DNA of 20,000 bases from an uncultured virus (IMG/VR IMGVR_UViG_3300043446_002182) (IMGVR_UViG_3300043446_002182); one strand, 5' to 3'; counted from the first letter of the stretch, positions 1 through 7,528 are shown. Made by a program: numbers and translations. Notes: generated by a model not told the origin, from the sequence alone.

Positions 1-5
1 TACCT

Positions 6-395
6 ATGCTTGATGTCAATGTCTTAATCACAATTCTGCCGCCCATTTTGGCAGCAGTTTTTGCGTATTTGATTGCCCGCAAACGTAATGCGGCCTCGGA
101 ACGAGTCAATCGTGCCAAGATAGAGGCTGATGTCCAAACGCAGGCATTGCAAATAGTCCGGGGTGTAATGAATGACATGCGTGACGAGTTCAAGCGTGAA
201 ATTGACGCCCTTCACAATGAAAACAAATCTCTTCGAGAAGAGATTGAAGAAAACAAAAGCCGACTTATGGTCCTTCAGAAACAATTGGTTGCCAGCGATG
301 AGTTGGTAGAAACCATGCGGTCGGAAATTTCAGCCCTCAAAAAGACTCTGGCTGTGTATGAAGCAGAGATTGAGCGTTTGAGAAAGAGCGAATAA
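6..395 (+). CDS. Membrane-anchored coiled-coil protein, function unknown
   Basis: N-terminal hydrophobic helix (VLITILPPILAAVFAYLIA) followed by basic RKR and a long heptad-like E/K/L-rich region. The stop is followed by AATCT and the next ATG. Confidence 0.7.
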   Translation: MLDVNVLITILPPILAAVFAYLIARKRNAASERVNRAKIEADVQTQALQIVRGVMNDMRDEFKREIDALHNENKSLREEIEENKSRLMVLQKQLVASDELVETMRSEISALKKTLAVYEAEIERLRKSE

Positions 396-400
396 AATCT

Positions 401-715
401 ATGACTGGTTTATTGGTTAAGAAGTATCATGTAGCTGTTTTCTCGTCCGACGACGGCTTTGTGACTCAGGTTGTAAGTGCTCTCAAAGAATGGTATAACA
501 ACCAAGTCGTCATCAAAACTTACGGGGATACCCATGAGTTTTTCGAGGCAATCAACGTCAATAAAGCCAAGAAACAACCCTTTGACTGTGCGGTGCTTGC
601 TCCCCGCAACGACGCCGAAAAAATGGTGCTTCGTCAGTCCAACCCAAATCTTCGGGTAATCGTTTGCAAGGATGCCCAAAACATCCCAGCACAGGTATCC
701 CGAGGTATGTTATAA
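401..715 (+). CDS. Hypothetical protein resembling a degenerate, truncated CheY-like receiver (pseudo-REC) domain
   Basis: The pattern HVAVFSSDD / helix / VIKTY / HEFFEAI / PFDCAVLA / LRQSNPNLRVIVC mirrors REC beta1-alpha1-beta2-alpha2-beta3-alpha3-beta4. Ala sits where the phospho-Asp is expected. Confidence 0.45.
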   Translation: MTGLLVKKYHVAVFSSDDGFVTQVVSALKEWYNNQVVIKTYGDTHEFFEAINVNKAKKQPFDCAVLAPRNDAEKMVLRQSNPNLRVIVCKDAQNIPAQVSRGML

Positions 716-740
716 AATCACCTTTTCCGCAACCAGAGCC

Positions 741-767
741 ATATTTATAAGTAGCGAAATATAAATA
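741..767 (+). promoter_or_regulatory. Candidate phage late promoter region: TATTTATA (742-749) and its inverse TATAAATA (760-767)
   Basis: Intergenic ATATTTATAAGTAGCGAAATATAAATA upstream of ATG 775. TATAAATA is the T4 gp55 late consensus, and TATTTAT recurs before two other genes. Confidence 0.55.
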
Positions 768-774
768 CACTGCC

Positions 775-1506
775 ATGCAACCAGACAAATTTCACAATCT
801 CGTTCGTCGTATTCTCAAGGAAGAAATGGAAAAGACTTCCGCAGTGGGAGTAAAGTCCCAAACCCGCCTTCCTGAAATGAATGGTAACGGCGTTGACCCC
901 GAGAAGAAGACCAAGACGTTTGCGACCGACGCTAACAGCCGTGATGCCTCAAACAAAGAAGCTTTGCTTGCCGACTTGATTGATTTCGTTGGCAAGAAGG
1001 ACGAGAGCGTAAGTATCGTGTGGGATGACCACGACGATATTATGGTCAATGGCCGTGATTTGAAATACATTCGTGTTTCGCCTCGGTGGGAAGATTCCTA
1101 TGTCGTCGAAATGATGACTCGGAACGAAGACCGAGTTCTAGTTACTGGATTGACTTGGAAGCAAGTTAAGGAATTCGTCAAGAACAACATTTCTGGCACT
1201 ACAACTACTACTGAAAAAGCTTACGACAAATCATATCGTAATCGTGAAGACCAAACTCCTGCACCTGACAAGGGATTGCCACAAAAGGACAAGCCCGCAA
1301 TTAAGCCGCTTACCAACGAAGACCCAAAGACTGCAAAGAACAAAGACAAAGACTTCACAGAAAAAGACGTTAAGAAGGAAGAAGATTTGCCAGACAAGCC
1401 GATGAAAGAAGTTGGTGATTTCAAGAAACAAGATTCACACAAAGTCAAAGACCCGGTTAAACTTCGCAAACGCAAACCAGACACCAAGCTTACGGTTAAA
1501 CCCTGA
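775..1506 (+). CDS. Hypothetical protein, possibly a late/virion internal protein with a K/D/P-rich tail
   Basis: 243-aa ORF between the candidate late promoter and a terminator. N-terminal LVRRILKEE resembles the (I/L)xE prohead-protease sites of T4-type head proteins. The C-terminus is highly charged with repeated DKP/KP. Confidence 0.6.
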   Translation: MQPDKFHNLVRRILKEEMEKTSAVGVKSQTRLPEMNGNGVDPEKKTKTFATDANSRDASNKEALLADLIDFVGKKDESVSIVWDDHDDIMVNGRDLKYIRVSPRWEDSYVVEMMTRNEDRVLVTGLTWKQVKEFVKNNISGTTTTTEKAYDKSYRNREDQTPAPDKGLPQKDKPAIKPLTNEDPKTAKNKDKDFTEKDVKKEEDLPDKPMKEVGDFKKQDSHKVKDPVKLRKRKPDTKLTVKP

Positions 1507-1525
1507 TTCATTTTCAATCTTCAAC

Positions 1526-1552
1526 AGCACGTCCTTCGGGACGTGCTTTTTT
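1526..1552 (+). terminator. Rho-independent terminator with C(UUCG)G tetraloop
   Basis: AGCACGTCC-TTCG-GGACGTGCT perfect 9-bp stem followed by a T run, about 20 nt after the stop at 1506. Confidence 0.93.
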
Positions 1553-1553
1553 G

Positions 1554-1582
1554 TTGACTTCCAACCCGAGTTATGCCATACT
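1554..1582 (+). promoter_or_regulatory. sigma70-type early promoter with extended -10, probably giving a leaderless mRNA
   Basis: TTGACT (1554-1559), 17-bp spacer, TG-c-CATACT (-10 at 1577-1582). ATG 1590 is 7 nt downstream. Confidence 0.75.
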
Positions 1583-1589
1583 CGGTAGA

Positions 1590-2513
1590 ATGAGTGAAGT
1601 AGATTTTGACAAAATCATCCGCAACGCTGCCTCCACAAAACCCAAAGAACTGATTATCAGTGATTTGAAGTGGAAGTATTTGCTGCGAGCCGTTTTACGG
1701 GGTAAAAACGTGATGATTGTAGGCCCGTCGGGGTGCGCCAAGACAATGGCAGCACGATGCGTTGCCGCCCAACTTGGGCGACCATTTGAGAAGTTCAACA
1801 TTGGCTCAACGCAAGATGCCCGTGCAACGTTGATTGGCAACACGACCTACAAAAAGGAATTGGGCACAGTCTTCCACCAATCGGCATTTGTCAAAGCCAT
1901 CACTACACCCAACACCGTCGTTCTCCTTGACGAATTTACTCGTGGCACACACGACGCATGGAACATTCTGATGACCGTCACAGACCCAATTCAGCGTTGC
2001 CTTCGCCTTGATGAATCGGAAGACAGTCAAGTTATCACTGTTGCCGATGGAGTGTGTTTCATTGCTACAGCAAACATTGGTAACGAATATACGGCAACCA
2101 AAGTTCTTGACAAGGCATCTGCCCGTCGTTTCCCAATCAAGTTGGAAATGAATCCACTCTCGGCACAGGAACTCAGGAATTTGTTTACGATTCTCTTCGA
2201 CCTTCGGACTCCCGAACAGGAAAAGTTGATGACGTTGCTCACCAATGTCTATGAAGATTTGATTGAACAATCTCGGATGGAAGACGCCTCCATTTCAACT
2301 ATCATCCCTCCTGCCAACATGGTCGAAATGGCTGAGTTGGTGATGGATGGGTTTAACCTTGAAGAGATTGCCGAGGCTGCTATTTATCCAGAGTATCCCG
2401 ATGAAGGTGGGGCAGACAGCGAACGGGCGTTCGTGAAATCCATTTTGCAGAAGTATTTCCCCAAGGATGTCAAGAGTCCCATCAATGACCCTCGGAAAAA
2501 GAAGCCGTTTTAA
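1590..2513 (+). CDS. MoxR/CbbQ-NorQ-type AAA+ ATPase (phage 'CobS-like')
   Basis: Walker A GPSGCAKT, Walker B VVLLDEFTR, sensor-1 FIATANIG, arginine-finger region LDKASARRF. Start moved from TTG 1551, which lies in the terminator/promoter, to ATG 1590. Confidence 0.9.
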   Translation: MSEVDFDKIIRNAASTKPKELIISDLKWKYLLRAVLRGKNVMIVGPSGCAKTMAARCVAAQLGRPFEKFNIGSTQDARATLIGNTTYKKELGTVFHQSAFVKAITTPNTVVLLDEFTRGTHDAWNILMTVTDPIQRCLRLDESEDSQVITVADGVCFIATANIGNEYTATKVLDKASARRFPIKLEMNPLSAQELRNLFTILFDLRTPEQEKLMTLLTNVYEDLIEQSRMEDASISTIIPPANMVEMAELVMDGFNLEEIAEAAIYPEYPDEGGADSERAFVKSILQKYFPKDVKSPINDPRKKKPF

Positions 2514-4792
2514 TGAGCCACATACTGTCACCAGCCGAAGCAGACTTTTGGTTGGATGCTGAAAAGTATGCCAACTATTTTGAAGAGCAGACTGACCCTG
2601 CTAACGGAAGTGTTGTGTTCAGCATTGACATGGTTCGGCTTTCATCCATTCGGAAAGCCATCGCAAATTTCGTTCGCATTCTTACCCGTCAAAACATCCC
2701 CGTCTATTTCAATGACCAAGACGCTACGGTAAACTTCGGTGGCAAGACCATTTACATTTCGGCTCAAATCACCAATAAGTATGATTTTGATGTCGCTGTA
2801 GGTCAAGCCCTCCACGAAGCTGCCCATACTCTCAAGACTGACTTCGACTCGGTGAAGATTGCATGGACAAACATTCCCCATCATATTTTTGCCAAGGCAG
2901 ACTCCAAGAACATTTGGCGTCCATCATTGGAGAAGTTCATCCATACCATGTGGAATGTCATCGAAGACCGCTATATTGATGACTATGTGTTCAATGAAGC
3001 ACCGGGCTATCGGGGCTACTATGTGGCACTCTATGACCGATTCTTCAACGCTCCCGAAATTGATGAATATCTGGCCAGCGACATGTTTCGCTATCCAAGT
3101 CTGGATTCCTATTCTTTTCGTATCATCAATTTCACCAACGAGAACAGTGATTTGATGGCTTTGCCTCGGCTTGATGAAATCGCCGACGTGATTGACATCA
3201 GCAACATTTCTCGACTCAAGCGCACCGAAGACCGATTGGAAGTTGCGTTCAAAGTTGTGGAGATTGTCTTGGATTGCTTAGAGAAAGAAGACCCAAAGCA
3301 GCAACAAGGCAGTCAAGGGCAGGGAAAGCCACAACAAGGCGGTGGATTGGCGAAGCCCGAAGACTTCTTTGACTTCGGTGATGGACAAGAATCACAAGAA
3401 GACGAAAAGTCTGAAAAGGAATCCAAAGACGAGCCAAAGGCCGATAAGGAACAAAAAGGCAAGGATAAGCCTAAGAAGGAATCGCAAGAGGACAAGTCCG
3501 ACGAAGAGGGTGATGAAGATGAAGAAGTAGATGTCAGTAAGAAGATGATTGAAGACATGTCGGATGTCATGATGGGTAAAGACCCCGACCCAACCGACCA
3601 CAAAGAGAACAAGCGCATCGTAAACAAAGTCGCCGACCAAGACCTTGACAAAGATGCCAGCAAGCAAATCAAAGACCTTGTGGAAAGCCAGCGCAAATTC
3701 TTGCGGGGTGAAATGCCCAAGGCTCAAGTCACGCCACAGCAAAAGGAACTGCTTGACTTGATTGAGAAACATGGTATTGTGCTGGTCAGAGTAGATTGCC
3801 CGGAAATGCTTTTGGGTGATGATGGTAACTTGAAAGTGGATTGCATCGTTGTCCAGCAAATGACCAAAGAACTTGTCCTCTCGGGACAAGACATGTTCCC
3901 TTTATGCGGCGTCAAAAAGTTTGGTCTTGGAAAAGATGACCCCGAACCTCCCAAAGACGTTGCGGATGCAGTCAAGAAGGGAATCGCCATCGGCACGAAG
4001 CTTGGTCGCAAGTTGCAGATTCGCAACGAAGTCAATCCTATCAAAATCGTTCGCAAGCAGAATGGGAAAATCAATCGTCGGCAATTGCATGAAGCTGCTT
4101 TTGATGCCGAAGATTTGTTCTTCAAGACCCGAATTGAACAGCATAATAAAGCCAGTCTGCATATCACCGTTGACGCCAGTAGTTCAATGTCAGGCGACAA
4201 ATGGAATCAGACTATGACCGCTGTAGTTGCCATCTGCCGAGCAACTTCCATGATTGATAATGTCCATGTCACCGTCTCCTTCCGTGCCACTCAACAGACC
4301 GCAGGCACAGAATTGCCGTATGTGGTATTGGCATACGATTCAAGCGTGGACAGATTCTCAAAAGTGAAAAATCTCTTCCCCTACCTCGTTCCAAATGGCT
4401 GCACCCCCGAGGGACTGGCTTTCGGGGCAATCATGAGCCTTTTCGAGAATATCACCCCTGACGAGGAAGACCGCTATTTCCTGAACCTCTCCGATGGCGA
4501 GCCTTGCTACGTCATCAGGATGCCCGGACAGGGCGTTAGACTGTCCTACATGCGTGAGACTGGCACAACCCACACAAAGGCTCAGGTGGACAAGATTAGA
4601 GCCAAAGGCGTGGACATTATGAGCTACTTCATCACAGAGCAAAAGACCGATGTCAAGAATGAATATGCCGATACCTTGAAAAAGGACTTCCAGAAGATGT
4701 ATGGCAAAAATGCACAGTTCATTAACCCCGAAAGCCTTGTGGACTTGGCCAAGACGATGAACAAGCTTTTTTTAACTCGGGCGACACAGTAG
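2513..4792 (+). CDS. VWA-domain partner protein with N-terminal HExxH metallopeptidase-like domain and acidic linker (phage 'CobT-like')
   Basis: ALHEAAH plus NVIEDRYID; low-complexity Q/E/D/K linker (~3280-3540); MIDAS elements DASSSM, GCTP and LSDGEP; TAATG overlap with the AAA gene. Confidence 0.88.
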   Translation: MSHILSPAEADFWLDAEKYANYFEEQTDPANGSVVFSIDMVRLSSIRKAIANFVRILTRQNIPVYFNDQDATVNFGGKTIYISAQITNKYDFDVAVGQALHEAAHTLKTDFDSVKIAWTNIPHHIFAKADSKNIWRPSLEKFIHTMWNVIEDRYIDDYVFNEAPGYRGYYVALYDRFFNAPEIDEYLASDMFRYPSLDSYSFRIINFTNENSDLMALPRLDEIADVIDISNISRLKRTEDRLEVAFKVVEIVLDCLEKEDPKQQQGSQGQGKPQQGGGLAKPEDFFDFGDGQESQEDEKSEKESKDEPKADKEQKGKDKPKKESQEDKSDEEGDEDEEVDVSKKMIEDMSDVMMGKDPDPTDHKENKRIVNKVADQDLDKDASKQIKDLVESQRKFLRGEMPKAQVTPQQKELLDLIEKHGIVLVRVDCPEMLLGDDGNLKVDCIVVQQMTKELVLSGQDMFPLCGVKKFGLGKDDPEPPKDVADAVKKGIAIGTKLGRKLQIRNEVNPIKIVRKQNGKINRRQLHEAAFDAEDLFFKTRIEQHNKASLHITVDASSSMSGDKWNQTMTAVVAICRATSMIDNVHVTVSFRATQQTAGTELPYVVLAYDSSVDRFSKVKNLFPYLVPNGCTPEGLAFGAIMSLFENITPDEEDRYFLNLSDGEPCYVIRMPGQGVRLSYMRETGTTHTKAQVDKIRAKGVDIMSYFITEQKTDVKNEYADTLKKDFQKMYGKNAQFINPESLVDLAKTMNKLFLTRATQ

Positions 4793-4839
4793 AGTTTTTA
4801 TAAAATCCCTTTTTATAACGACTTGCATGAAAAAAGGTC

Positions 4840-4868
4840 TTGACATATTATAGAACTTTTGATAACCT
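4840..4868 (+). promoter_or_regulatory. sigma70-type early promoter with extended -10 and A-tract UP element
   Basis: Consensus TTGACA (4840-4845), 17 bp, TG-a-TAACCT (4863-4868). AAAAAA just upstream; intergenic position. Confidence 0.8.
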
Positions 4869-4914
4869 CACAGGCGTCACTGCAAGGTGAACACAATTAA
4901 CACAATTCAAATTT

Positions 4915-5304
4915 ATGAAACAACCTCAACGTAAGAATAACACAAATCGTGATTTGTCGCTGCCAACTTCATCGGCAACGTATTTTACAATTCAAGATTT
5001 GGTGAAGCTCAATTCCAATCTGCTCACTGCTTCCAAGTCTGACATCACCATTCGGGTGAAGCTGACAAAAAAGATTGAAGATGGAAAAGTCGTCGAGATT
5101 GGCAGTCTCACTGGCGGCAAAGGCAGACCCCAAAAAGTCTTCGTCGTCGCTCCTGTGACCCAACTCGTTATCAACAAGGCCAAGGCCGATTCAATCAACT
5201 TGGTTGATAATGCCGACAAACTGGTGAATGCCATCAGCGTCAGCACTCCTACCCAAACTGCCACCGTTCCTACTGCTCCGACAACGGTCACTTCCGCAGT
5301 GTAA
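4915..5304 (+). CDS. Putative winged-helix DNA-binding protein
   Basis: FTIQDL...ITIRVKLTKKIEDGKV...GGKGRPQKVF matches the wHTH recognition helix plus 'GRP' wing pattern. Thr/Pro-rich tail. Confidence 0.6.
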   Translation: MKQPQRKNNTNRDLSLPTSSATYFTIQDLVKLNSNLLTASKSDITIRVKLTKKIEDGKVVEIGSLTGGKGRPQKVFVVAPVTQLVINKAKADSINLVDNADKLVNAISVSTPTQTATVPTAPTTVTSAV

Positions 5305-5332
5305 CCCCACAACAATGCCGTGTATCTTGATT

Positions 5333-5539
5333 ATGGCGAAGTCAAAGAAACCATCGAAGAAGGAAATTCTCAAAGCCCTCAAACCTTCGACATACAAGAT
5401 ATACGGCATTTATGACTTCCAAGAGAAGCGACTTGTCTATGTCCATTTGGATGAAGAACAAGTTGAGTTGGAATTTGACTTGGAAGACTACGACGGGGAG
5501 CGGTTCGACGTAGTTTCGTTTGAAGTTTGTCTGCTTTAA
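5333..5539 (+). CDS. Small hypothetical protein (68 aa; basic N-terminus, acidic C-terminus)
   Basis: MAKSKKPSKKE start at 5333 avoids overlap with the upstream gene and fills the gap. Confidence 0.65.
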   Translation: MAKSKKPSKKEILKALKPSTYKIYGIYDFQEKRLVYVHLDEEQVELEFDLEDYDGERFDVVSFEVCLL

Positions 5540-5841
5540 TAGCGACGAATGTATTTTCCGATGGTCTCGATTGGACCATTGTAGGTATCAATTCTCCGAT
5601 ACCCATCCGCCGTCAAGATGTAGGAATAAATCCTAACCTTGGCGGCTTTTTGCACACCCATCAATTCATCAATGCCTTTCAAGGTTGTCATGACAACGTT
5701 CTTAGACCCCCAAATGATTGGCTGGGTGAAGTCACGGTCGAAGAGAACCGCATGATTCAGGTCGGGATAGAACAGGTGGAATACTTGACCGAGGACTTTT
5801 CCGCCCTTCTTTTCCGAGTTGACAACGTTTTGTGCGAGCAT
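5536..5841 (-). CDS. Hypothetical protein
   Basis: 101-aa ORF preceded by CTATTTAT-N4-ATG; 4-bp convergent overlap with the 5333-5539 gene. Confidence 0.65.
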   Translation of the reverse strand: MLAQNVVNSEKKGGKVLGQVFHLFYPDLNHAVLFDRDFTQPIIWGSKNVVMTTLKGIDELMGVQKAAKVRIYSYILTADGYRRIDTYNGPIETIGKYIRRY

Positions 5842-5845
5842 ATTG

Positions 5846-5853
5846 ATAAATAG
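5846..5853 (-). promoter_or_regulatory. Candidate late promoter CTATTTAT
   Basis: Minus strand reads ggaCTATTTATcaatATG, the same motif and spacing as at 8206-8213. Confidence 0.55.
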
Positions 5854-5873
5854 TCCTCGGGAGTTAAAATAAC

Positions 5874-5902
5874 TTGATGGATATAGGGGGATGTGGTAGG
5901 AT
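5874..5902 (+). promoter_or_regulatory. sigma70-type promoter with extended -10
   Basis: TTGATG (5874-5879), 17 bp, TG-g-TAGGAT (5897-5902), upstream of ATG 5925. Confidence 0.6.
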
Positions 5903-5924
5903 GCGTTAAACAGAAGAAAAGCCT

Positions 5925-6092
5925 ATGGGCAAGTCTTACAAGCAAAATGACCGTCACTTTGTAAAAAGTGGGAAGACCTTTACCAAGCCCCGCAAACACG
6001 GGGCAGACCGCCGAATCAACTTCGACAAAATCAAACAAGTCATTCGCCAACCAAACGAGGATTTGTATGATGATTTGAGAGGACTATCTTAA
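5925..6092 (+). CDS. Small basic hypothetical protein (55 aa, absent from the ORF track)
   Basis: Manual translation gives MGKSYKQNDRHFVKSGKTFTKPRKHGADRRINFDKIKQVIRQPNEDLYDDLRGLS*. It follows a promoter, and its TAA overlaps the next ATG (TAATG 6090-6094). Confidence 0.7.
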   Translation: MGKSYKQNDRHFVKSGKTFTKPRKHGADRRINFDKIKQVIRQPNEDLYDDLRGLS

Positions 6093-6370
6093 TGCTCGCT
6101 ACCATTGCCACTATTTGTGTTGCACTCTACTTGGCAGGACTCACAGTCCTGTTCTTTTTTCTGAACAAACGTCAGGAGAAGGAAGCCGAGTTGATTGAAC
6201 AACTCACCAAGACCCTCGACGACCTAAAGCCTCAAATCTTGCTGCTTCAAGAGAACCAGCAGACCTTGCGGGCGAACGATGAAATTTTAGCCAAAGACCT
6301 CGAAACATTCTTCCATGAGTTCAAAGCCACTGAAAAGAAAGTCAAAATCCTCCGACAGCAGCAAAGTTGA
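6092..6370 (+). CDS. Single-pass membrane protein with coiled coil
   Basis: Hydrophobic N-terminal ~24 aa followed by NKRQ and a heptad-like region. Confidence 0.65.
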   Translation: MLATIATICVALYLAGLTVLFFFLNKRQEKEAELIEQLTKTLDDLKPQILLLQENQQTLRANDEILAKDLETFFHEFKATEKKVKILRQQQS

Positions 6371-6833
6371 AGGACCAAAGAAGCGCACGCTTTTTGACCA
6401 TGTGAAGCACATTCGACAGGTGCAGGATCCAGATTACTATACTAATCTGTCCGACGAAGACCGCAAGAGTTTCAATCACTTCATGATTATTCGTGCCTTA
6501 TCAATGGACGAAGAAATCTTGGAGACGATGGCACAACTCTACCAGATTTTTGACAAGATTCCTTCTCCCCAATTCTACAAACTCTTGATTGCACTTGTTC
6601 CAAAGAGCAATCGCTTCTTCCCGTGGGTTAAATCCAAGCGGATGAAGCACAGCAAGGAACTGTTGGGCTACGTTGCCAAACGATTCCAAGTTGCCAAGTA
6701 TCAGGCCAACGAGTATGTCAACTTACTCCTTCGCACTGAGGCTGGTCAAGGCGAATTGGTGAACATCTGTAAAGCATTCGGGCTTGAAGACAAAGAGATT
6801 GAAGACTTGTTTGATGAAAAATCGGACGACTGA
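6315..6833 (+). CDS. T4 gp62-like sliding-clamp loader small (A) subunit
   Basis: LFDHVKHI...FNHFMIIRALSM...QFYKLL...VPKSNRFFPWVK...VAKRFQVAKYQANEYVNLL follows the Phage_clamp_A pattern (F.INR.LS ... RF.PW.K ... A..YL.IL). Confidence 0.75.
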   Translation: MSSKPLKRKSKSSDSSKVEGPKKRTLFDHVKHIRQVQDPDYYTNLSDEDRKSFNHFMIIRALSMDEEILETMAQLYQIFDKIPSPQFYKLLIALVPKSNRFFPWVKSKRMKHSKELLGYVAKRFQVAKYQANEYVNLLLRTEAGQGELVNICKAFGLEDKEIEDLFDEKSDD

Positions 6834-6838
6834 AATCT

Positions 6839-7528
6839 ATGAAAGTAATCGGTATTGGCGGCTTCGCTCGTGCAGGCAAAGATGCGTTTGTCAGCATTGC
6901 AAAAAACATTCTTGAGAAGAATGGATACACTTCCCGGCGGTTTGCGTTTGCCGACAATCTGAAACTTGAAGTTGGAAGTATGCTCAAGGCCAACTGCTTT
7001 GAGTTGGATGTTTACACCAGCGATTCCAACGCTAAGAGCAAACTTCGCCCCTTGATGGTCTGGTGGGGCTGCGCTCGCCGAGATTTGAGTAATGGTGGAC
7101 TGTATTGGGTGGAACAAGTTCACAAGCAGTTGGAGGCGGTTCAGGCACAATTAGCTGCCACTGGAATGAGCGATGACCGCTTCGTAGCACTCATTTCCGA
7201 TGTTCGGTTTGTCAATGAGGCCAAATGGCTTCACGAGAAGTGGGATGGACAATTTGTCCATCTTCGTCGGTTCTCCATGCAAGATTGCCGTGACGGATAC
7301 GGCGATACTGTTCAAGGCAAGGTATTCGACCCAGCCCCCAACGAAGAAGAAGCCAAGAATGACCCTCTCATTCAGGAAATGGCCGATGTCAAGGTGGAAT
7401 GGGAAAGTCGAAGAATTGCTCCGGGTGGATGCGTTACCAAAGACCCATATCTTCAAGGAAAAGTTTTGGAAGCATTGAACTCAACCACTTACTTCAAGCA
7501 TACGACTACCGGGATATTATCAGTATGA
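6839..7528 (+). CDS. Deoxynucleoside monophosphate kinase (T4 gp1-like)
   Basis: N-terminal P-loop VIGIGGFARAGKD, FAFADNLK, RPLMVWWG..RR, YWV and ISDVRFVNEA motifs. Confidence 0.85.
   Translation: MKVIGIGGFARAGKDAFVSIAKNILEKNGYTSRRFAFADNLKLEVGSMLKANCFELDVYTSDSNAKSKLRPLMVWWGCARRDLSNGGLYWVEQVHKQLEAVQAQLAATGMSDDRFVALISDVRFVNEAKWLHEKWDGQFVHLRRFSMQDCRDGYGDTVQGKVFDPAPNEEEAKNDPLIQEMADVKVEWESRRIAPGGCVTKDPYLQGKVLEALNSTTYFKHTTTGILSV

Noticed and set aside
1721..1744. Atypical Walker A (AKT instead of GKT) as a sign of inactivation
   Set aside because: AK[T/S] Walker A variants are normal in MoxR/MCM-clade ATPases.
3249..4217. Long antisense or alternative-frame ORFs over the VWA gene, and similar shadow ORFs elsewhere
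   Set aside because: They overlap well-supported genes, have no motifs, and reflect codon bias or low complexity of the real CDS.
1590..4792. Cobalt chelatase CobS/CobT as a cobalamin auxiliary metabolic gene
   Set aside because: No CobN or other cobalamin genes are present; the architecture fits the generic phage MoxR-VWA pair.
5300..5332. Promoter TATCTT before the gene at 5333
   Set aside because: No convincing -35 or TGn extension, and the spacing does not match the CTATTTAT-N4-ATG motif.
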